Below are positions 27,372-32,000 of a DNA stretch of 32,000 bases, in pieces. The stretch covers positions 510,001 to 542,000 of the forward strand of contig OY843585.1 of the NCBI GenBank assembly GCA_963692945.1. The letters run 5' to 3'. A model generated the notes under the pieces. That model was given only the letters and a program-made list of their open reading frames with translations. It was not told the DNA's origin and searched no databases. This DNA comes from Bdellovibrionales bacterium. Its GTDB lineage: Bacteria > Bdellovibrionota > Bdellovibrionia > Bdellovibrionales > UBA1609. Within the stretch, counting starts at the first letter, position 1, and each line of letters begins with the position of its first letter. The position numbers were made by a program, and so were the translations under genes.

Positions 27372-28037
27372 ATGGATATTAAGCGTAGGCTTTTTTTAGA
27401 GAAATTAGGATTATCTAGCTTAGCCTTATTTCTGCCTAGATTTAGTTTGAGTTCAACTTCAATTTCTCAGAAAGATTTGAAATACTCTTCTATTTTGAAT
27501 AGGATTCCTAATAAATCTAGTAGGGATAAAATAGATAAAAAGATCAATTATTTAGAAAATTGGGATTTAGAGGCAGAGATTTCTTATAGGAAAGATCTTA
27601 AAGTATTTATAGAAACAATCCTTAAAGATATTAAAATACCAAGTCATGGGAAAATTCTGGAAATAGGTTCTTACAAAGGGCAAAACTTAGATAATTTGAA
27701 TGCTCTTTATGGTAAAAGTCGTGTTCTGGGTATAGATGCTTATAAATATAATAATCATCCTCAAATTTTAGAAGCGGATATTCGTAATATACAAAATGAT
27801 ACATCTATCAAGTCTTTGGCTCTAGGTTGGAATAGTGCTTCTGATTGGGACACTTCCCCTAAGTCTCGTTTATCTGCTTTCTCGTTTATTCATAAACGCT
27901 TGGTAAAAGGTGGAATTTATGTGGATGAGGAATTTTTATTAGATGATCTAATGATTAAGTTTCTTTTAAAAGAATTTGGTTTGAAAAAAATTGCTAGTTT
28001 TAAAAATGAATCCTATGTTTTTAGAAAAATCACTTAA
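27372..28037 (+). CDS. class I SAM-methyltransferase-like protein with a twin-arginine (Tat)-type N-terminal signal
   Basis: I prefer ATG 27372 to the TTG at 27357, because GAGGAG lies 5 nt upstream. N terminus MDIKRRLFLEKLGLSSLALFLPRFSLSS. Rossmann motifs ILEIGSYKGQN (motif I), VLGIDAY (II), LEADIRNI (III), LVKGGIYV. Confidence 0.6.
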   Translation: MDIKRRLFLEKLGLSSLALFLPRFSLSSTSISQKDLKYSSILNRIPNKSSRDKIDKKINYLENWDLEAEISYRKDLKVFIETILKDIKIPSHGKILEIGSYKGQNLDNLNALYGKSRVLGIDAYKYNNHPQILEADIRNIQNDTSIKSLALGWNSASDWDTSPKSRLSAFSFIHKRLVKGGIYVDEEFLLDDLMIKFLLKEFGLKKIASFKNESYVFRKIT

Positions 28038-28064
28038 ATAATTAAGATAAATCTTGAAATATAA

Positions 28065-28691
28065 TTATGAAATATTAGAAGAAATTGCTTTTGACCAACC
28101 TTTTAATGCAAATTTATTTTGATTGTAAGAATGAGAAACTACCCATTGATAACATGCAGGATCATTTTTGTTAGGACATACCAAAAGTTTTTTATCATGT
28201 GCATGCCATTTTACATTAAAGTAATTAGAAAATTCTAATTCAATTCTTTTCATAATTTTTTTAGAGTTGCCTTGTTTTGATATGAATATATGATCAGCTC
28301 CAAATGATTTTGCATAGTTGAATTGATGTTCAATAATTGTAAGGGTTTTTTTAGAAGATATGTAAAAATAATTTGTTCTAAAATCTGTACTTATGTAAGT
28401 TCTATTGTATACTCTAAATATCTTATTTCCATAAAACTTCCTATTAAACACAGTAGAAAAAGACTTGATTAAATTATTTTGTTGTATAATAGAGATGAGG
28501 TTTTGTTCTTGGAGGTTGAAATTTTTACTAGAGTAATTTTCTTTTAATTTGTCATCTGATGATCTCAAAGAGAATAACAAGAATTTTTGTAATTTTTTAA
28601 TAAGAAATGTATTTTTTTTGTGAGGTGAAAAAGAGATGATATGGCAGTTTTCAGTGTAATCTTCTTTAAAATAGTAAGGTGTATCTATCAA
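28065..28691 (-). CDS. hypothetical protein (208 aa), start uncertain
   Basis: Long ORF in an AT-rich region. The only start candidate near the 5' end is TTG at 28691-28689, 2 nt after the ankyrin stop, with no SD and no in-frame ATG for about 150 codons. No domain recognised. Confidence 0.55.
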   Translation of the reverse strand: MIDTPYYFKEDYTENCHIISFSPHKKNTFLIKKLQKFLLFSLRSSDDKLKENYSSKNFNLQEQNLISIIQQNNLIKSFSTVFNRKFYGNKIFRVYNRTYISTDFRTNYFYISSKKTLTIIEHQFNYAKSFGADHIFISKQGNSKKIMKRIELEFSNYFNVKWHAHDKKLLVCPNKNDPACYQWVVSHSYNQNKFALKGWSKAISSNIS

Positions 28692-28693
28692 TT

Positions 28694-29203
28694 TTATTTA
28701 TTTTTCAGTTTTTGAAAAAGAGGTGTTTGTTTAAATTGCTGGTTTTCCTCCATCCAATTCAAAGCTGTTCTCCCATATATATCTTTAAATGTAGTATCAG
28801 CTTTGTGTTCAAGTAAGAGCTGAATAGTTTCTGGATTAATAAACTTATTTTTACGATCTGTCGTTGGCATAGCAGCTGCAAGAAGAGAGTGAGCTTTATA
28901 TTGATTGTCGCGTAAATTAACATTTGCTCCGTATTTTAACAGGAGATCAATCACTTTAGAATCAGCTCTATAAGAAGCAGCCCACATTAAAGGAGTGGCA
29001 CCATAGTTATCTTTGATGTCTATAATTATATTTCTGCTGTTTAATAGCTCTTTTGTAAAATCATAAGCTTTATTTTTTCTTATAACTGCGTAATGTAAGG
29101 GGGTAGTTCCTTTTTTAGTTTTTGCGTTGATATTCACACCAGAAGAAATCAAGAGGTTAACTATTTGTGAATCATTGTTTTTTTTAACAGCAAAGTGGAG
29201 CAT
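28694..29203 (-). CDS. ankyrin-repeat protein (or the C-terminal part of one)
   Basis: 169 aa with about 4 ANK units: GTTPLHYAV...LLNS, GATPLMWAA...LLLKYGANVNLRD, SLLAAA...LLLEHKAD, GRTALNWM. The frame stays open and ANK-like for 15 codons upstream of the ATG. Confidence 0.85.
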   Translation of the reverse strand: MLHFAVKKNNDSQIVNLLISSGVNINAKTKKGTTPLHYAVIRKNKAYDFTKELLNSRNIIIDIKDNYGATPLMWAASYRADSKVIDLLLKYGANVNLRDNQYKAHSLLAAAMPTTDRKNKFINPETIQLLLEHKADTTFKDIYGRTALNWMEENQQFKQTPLFQKLKNK

Positions 29204-29238
29204 ATTTTTATTTTTTTCATTTAATATATTAATATTTT

Positions 29239-29493
29239 TTATATTTTTTTAACGTCTGATAGTGTTGCTCTTTCCCAAAAAAGATTTGTTAGATAATTGG
29301 TTTTTATAGTTTGTTCACCAGAGAATTTTACAATTGGTTCACTCTCATATGAATGTGTATTTTTTGGTTCGTATTTGTAAATAAAATAGCCCCCACCATA
29401 TAGGAAAAGACACAAAATTGAATAAACCACAATGTTTTTCTTCATAATCAATTTATATATTTGATTTATTGTTGTTTCAACCAATTTCTTCAA
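29239..29493 (-). CDS. membrane-anchor ORF (84 aa), probably the N-terminal part of the ankyrin gene
   Basis: MKKNIVVYSILCLFLYGGGYFIY signal-anchor/TM segment. The C-terminal ...WERATLSDVKKI looks like the start of an ANK capping repeat. Ends right after an A7 run. An alternative start is the second Met, at 29445. Confidence 0.55.
   Translation of the reverse strand: MKKLVETTINQIYKLIMKKNIVVYSILCLFLYGGGYFIYKYEPKNTHSYESEPIVKFSGEQTIKTNYLTNLFWERATLSDVKKI
29244..29250 (-). repeat. A7 homopolymer (T7 on the plus strand) at the junction of the two ankyrin-locus ORFs
   Basis: Read directly: GTT AAA AAA ATA TAA on the minus strand. One extra A gives V K K N I K N I N I L N E K N K N M L H F A V, which fuses 29493->28694 into a single frame. 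Confidence 0.9.
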
Positions 29494-29562
29494 TTTTTTG
29501 TTTGATTTTTATTGGAATTTGATTATTTTTTTAATAGTGTTACTTTTTGAGGTTATAGCCAT

Positions 29563-30204
29563 ATGTCAAGTTCATTAATTCATGTTAATTCTATATATCG
29601 ATTTGGAGATTGTTACGCATTAAATCAGGAACTTGGTAAAGATTTCTTAGATGAATTAGAAAAATATAAAGACAAATGGGTACAGTATAATCCAAGAAAA
29701 ACTATTAATAGAACAGGTCTTTCTGTGTTTAATTATACTGGTAAATTTGATACTAATCCTGCTTTAGATAGCCTTAGTGAGTATAATCATGCCCATGGAA
29801 CTAATATTACAGAGGAAAATTGTAATAAACCAACAAAACTTTATAAAGAAAGTAAAATCCTAAAGGAGTTTTTTAAAGATATGCTTCCTTGGTGCGTAAG
29901 AACGCATTTTATAAAACTTGGGCCAGGTGGTTTTTTTCCTCCTCATCGTGATCATAGGATGGGGGTACAGACAATTTTTAGGATGATTGTTCCTGTTAAA
30001 AATTGCAATCCTCCTCATGTGAGATTTTTTATAGAGGATAGAACTCTTTATTGGGAATATGGAACGCTTTATGTTGTAAACACTATAAAGCAACATTCCT
30101 TGTTTAATGCAAGTTCAGCTCAAGACAGTATCTGGCTTATAATCAATGCCAGAGTTTGTGAAGAGTCCATTAACTTTGTATCAAGTCATTTTAAGGAGAA
30201 TTAA
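29563..30204 (+). CDS. cupin-fold, Fe(II)/2OG-oxygenase-like protein (Asp/Asn beta-hydroxylase-like layout)
   Basis: 213 aa. LGPGGFFPPHRDH (H128-x-D130) and distal KQHSLFN (H178). Strand pattern FRMIVPV...VRFFIED...LYWEYGTLYVVNT...WLIINA. Confidence 0.5.
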   Translation: MSSSLIHVNSIYRFGDCYALNQELGKDFLDELEKYKDKWVQYNPRKTINRTGLSVFNYTGKFDTNPALDSLSEYNHAHGTNITEENCNKPTKLYKESKILKEFFKDMLPWCVRTHFIKLGPGGFFPPHRDHRMGVQTIFRMIVPVKNCNPPHVRFFIEDRTLYWEYGTLYVVNTIKQHSLFNASSAQDSIWLIINARVCEESINFVSSHFKEN

Positions 30205-30269
30205 ATTTTATTTGTTAAGAATCGATAGATATCCTGATCAATAAGAGAGAGAGTTATAAAGAAGTAATT

Positions 30270-30968
30270 ATGAATCAAGATTCAATTATTTATTACATGA
30301 AAGGACTAGGAAAAGTTTTAAGATCGGAATATTTTAAAACTGAGCATTCAAGAGTTCTTCAAGATTTACAAGATGCTACTTCTTTTGGTCAAGTCCGATC
30401 TAAAGAATGGATACTGCAAATTCTAAAAGAAAAAAATATAAAAGATTTAGGTCAAATTTTTTTATGTGCTGGTTGGTATGGATTCTTGGCTTTTCTTTTA
30501 TTGCAAGATACTTTCTTTTCTATTAAAAATATTTTTCTTTTTGAGAAAGACGAGTTAAGTGTAAAAGTTTCAGAACATATAAATTATTATTTTGTTCAAC
30601 AAGAATGGAAATTTAAATCCACTTTTAAAGATATTTTAGATATTAACTATTCAGGTGATACTTTTAAAACTTTAAAGCCTAATGGAGAATTTGAAAAGAT
30701 ATTTTCAGATCCAGATACAATCATCAATACTTCTTGCGAGCATATTAAGCAATTTGATGATTGGTGGGGTAAAATTCCAACTAAGAAATTAGTTATTTTA
30801 CAAAGTAATAATTACAAAGAACTTGAAGAGCATGTAAATTGTGTTTCTTCTTTGAAAGAATTTAAAGAAAAAGCACCTATGAATCATTTGATATATGCAG
30901 GATCTTTAAATTTAGAAAAATATACAAAACTAAAATATATACGTTTCATGTTAATAGGTTATAAGTAA
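30270..30968 (+). CDS. hypothetical protein, possible Rossmann-fold SAM-methyltransferase
   Basis: 232 aa. IFLCAGWYG (motif I-like), IFLFEKDE (acidic end of beta-2), DILDINY, DTIINTSCEH (motif IV-like). The assignment is weak. Confidence 0.4.
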   Translation: MNQDSIIYYMKGLGKVLRSEYFKTEHSRVLQDLQDATSFGQVRSKEWILQILKEKNIKDLGQIFLCAGWYGFLAFLLLQDTFFSIKNIFLFEKDELSVKVSEHINYYFVQQEWKFKSTFKDILDINYSGDTFKTLKPNGEFEKIFSDPDTIINTSCEHIKQFDDWWGKIPTKKLVILQSNNYKELEEHVNCVSSLKEFKEKAPMNHLIYAGSLNLEKYTKLKYIRFMLIGYK

Positions 30969-31000
30969 GGTTAAATAAAAAACAACAAAAAGTATTATAT

Positions 31001-31029
31001 TTTACATTTGACCTTAATTTAGTTATATT
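31001..31029 (+). promoter_or_regulatory. candidate sigma-70-type promoter upstream of the radical SAM gene
   Basis: TTTACA (31001-31006), a 17-nt spacer, then TATATT (31024-31029), 15 nt before ATG 31044. AT-rich background makes chance matches likely. Confidence 0.3.
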
Positions 31030-31043
31030 ATAGGGCTAAGTCT

Positions 31044-32000
31044 ATGAATCAGAAACCTAAAGTGGATGATTATGCATTTAATATGTCTCAAAATGAGGGT
31101 GCACCATCTTCTTGGTGTGTTTTGCCTTGGTCTCATATCAGTATTAAGAGGGACGGACAATTTAGAGTCTGTTGTTCGAGTAATGTTAGTAAGAATAAAG
31201 GTCTTTTAAGAAATAAAGAAGGGATGCCTTTTCATATAAGTAAGGATAAATGGGATGCTATTTTAAATAGTGAGATGATGAAGAGAATACGTAAAAATAT
31301 GCTTCAAGGAAAATGGAGTGAAGAGTGTAGGGGATGTAAAATTGAATATGAAAGTGATATGAGATCTAGTAATATTTCAAAACGTCATTATTTGGCCCAT
31401 AGACTGAAGAGTTCAGAGTATCCAAATTATATAAAAGCTAAAAAGTTAACAAAAGAAGATGGTTCAATATCACTTAAAGATTTTTCTATATCTTATTTAG
31501 ATATACGTTTTGGAAATCATTGCAATTTAAAATGTATGATGTGTGGTCCATCAGCTAGTAATAAATGGTATCAAGAGTATAAGGATATTTGGAAAGATGA
31601 TTTTTTTTGGGACGGAGATCAAAAAATAGATTTTATAAAAGGCTTTAATGGGAAACTAAAGGTAAATAAGCATATTTACGATTGGAGTGATGATTCTCAT
31701 TTATGGTTAGAAATTGAAAAATATTTAAATCAAATTAAAAAAATTTATCTAGCTGGAGGAGAGCCTTTACTTATTAAAGCTCATTATGATTTTCTAAAAA
31801 AATGTATAACTAAAAAGATCGCTTCTGAGATAGAGATAAACTACAACAGTAATATTACTCATATTCCAGATAAAGTTTTAGTTTTATGGAAGCATTTTAA
31901 ATCTATTTGTGTGGGTATGAGTATAGATGGTGTTGGTGAAATTAATGAATTGATTAGATATCCAAGTGATTGGAAAGAAATAGAGAATAATATTTTACGG
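31044..32000 (+). CDS. radical SAM enzyme with an N-terminal Cys-rich (twitch/SPASM-like) domain; 3' end beyond the window
   Basis: Not in the ORF track because no stop falls inside the window. I translated 319 codons from ATG 31044 without a stop: MNQKPKVDDYAFNMSQNEGAPSSWCVLPWSHISIKRDGQFRVCCSS...WSEECRGCKIEYE...YLDIRFGNHCNLKCMMCGPS...IYLAGGEPLL. CxxxCxxC falls at C160/C164/C167, and GGEPLL is the SAM-binding motif. Confidence 0.85.
   Translation, partial: MNQKPKVDDYAFNMSQNEGAPSSWCVLPWSHISIKRDGQFRVCCSSNVSKNKGLLRNKEGMPFHISKDKWDAILNSEMMKRIRKNMLQGKWSEECRGCKIEYESDMRSSNISKRHYLAHRLKSSEYPNYIKAKKLTKEDGSISLKDFSISYLDIRFGNHCNLKCMMCGPSASNKWYQEYKDIWKDDFFWDGDQKIDFIKGFNGKLKVNKHIYDWSDDSHLWLEIEKYLNQIKKIYLAGGEPLLIKAHYDFLKKCITKKIASEIEINYNSNITHIPDKVLVLWKHFKSICVGMSIDGVGEINELIRYPSDWKEIENNILR

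Noticed and set aside
279-30096. Short ORFs in the track nested antisense or out of frame within well-supported genes (for example 279-479, 1405-1653, 1825-2019, 2004-2312, 2164-2346, 2360-2656, 2951-3139, 3222-3443, 5233-5436, 6419-6775, 7643-8194, 11008-11211, 11265-11474, 11736-12110, 12122-12319, 12855-13130, 15733-15945, 17646-17843, 22137-22448, 23006-23407, 26386-26610, 29860-30096)
   Set aside because: Each lies inside, or largely overlaps, a gene with clear family motifs. None has an RBS or domain signature. Their composition (Phe/Lys/Ser/Leu-rich) is typical of shadow frames in AT-rich coding DNA.
30205-31043. Short precursor-peptide ORF adjacent to the radical SAM gene (RiPP-style)
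   Set aside because: The intergenic gaps 30205-30269 and 30969-31043 contain no ATG/GTG-initiated ORF with an RBS. The only gene between the cupin and the rSAM is a 232-aa Rossmann-like protein. A precursor could still lie beyond the window.
27272-32000. Tn7-like element inserted at the attTn7 position downstream of glmS
   Set aside because: None of the ORFs in the following 4.7 kb resembles tnsA-E or any transposase or integrase. I see no TGT-initiated terminal sequence with iterated roughly 22-bp transposase-binding repeats near 27272-27371. The hotspot idea is kept only as context. An old remnant, or a far end beyond the window, cannot be excluded.

Overview
AT-rich chromosomal segment from a diderm (Gram-negative-type) bacterium. 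I cannot assign a taxon from the sequence alone. All calls rest on motif recognition in the supplied translations plus my own reading of the DNA; no searches were run.

About 27 kb is tightly packed core genome:
- bioD (partial), bioF and bioB on the minus strand.
- A long co-directional plus-strand run: tmk, holB, tatD-family, gap, pgk, tpiA, threonine dehydratase, cmk, rpsA, sppA, rhomboid, small ORF.
- A LysR regulator divergent from a secreted, C-terminally anchored protein.
- A minus-strand run: pyrC, OM barrel, nusB, orphan, ppsR.
- A strongly signalled porin gene and a GT2 glycosyltransferase.
- A sigma-54 response regulator paired with a sensor kinase that lacks its ATPase domain.
- glmU and glmS.

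I saw no rRNA, tRNA, CRISPR, transposase or integrase genes.

The character changes right after glmS, from 27.3 kb to the window end. This block encodes:
- a Tat-signal SAM-methyltransferase-like protein;
- a minus-strand unit of a membrane anchor plus ankyrin repeats (apparently one gene split at a homopolymer) and a 208-aa orphan;
- a divergent plus-strand unit of a cupin/2OG-oxygenase-like protein, a second Rossmann methyltransferase-like protein, and a radical SAM enzyme whose Cys-rich auxiliary domain sits at the N terminus (truncated by the window edge).

This block is my best candidate for an undescribed tailoring or modification system. Its function and substrate are inference only.
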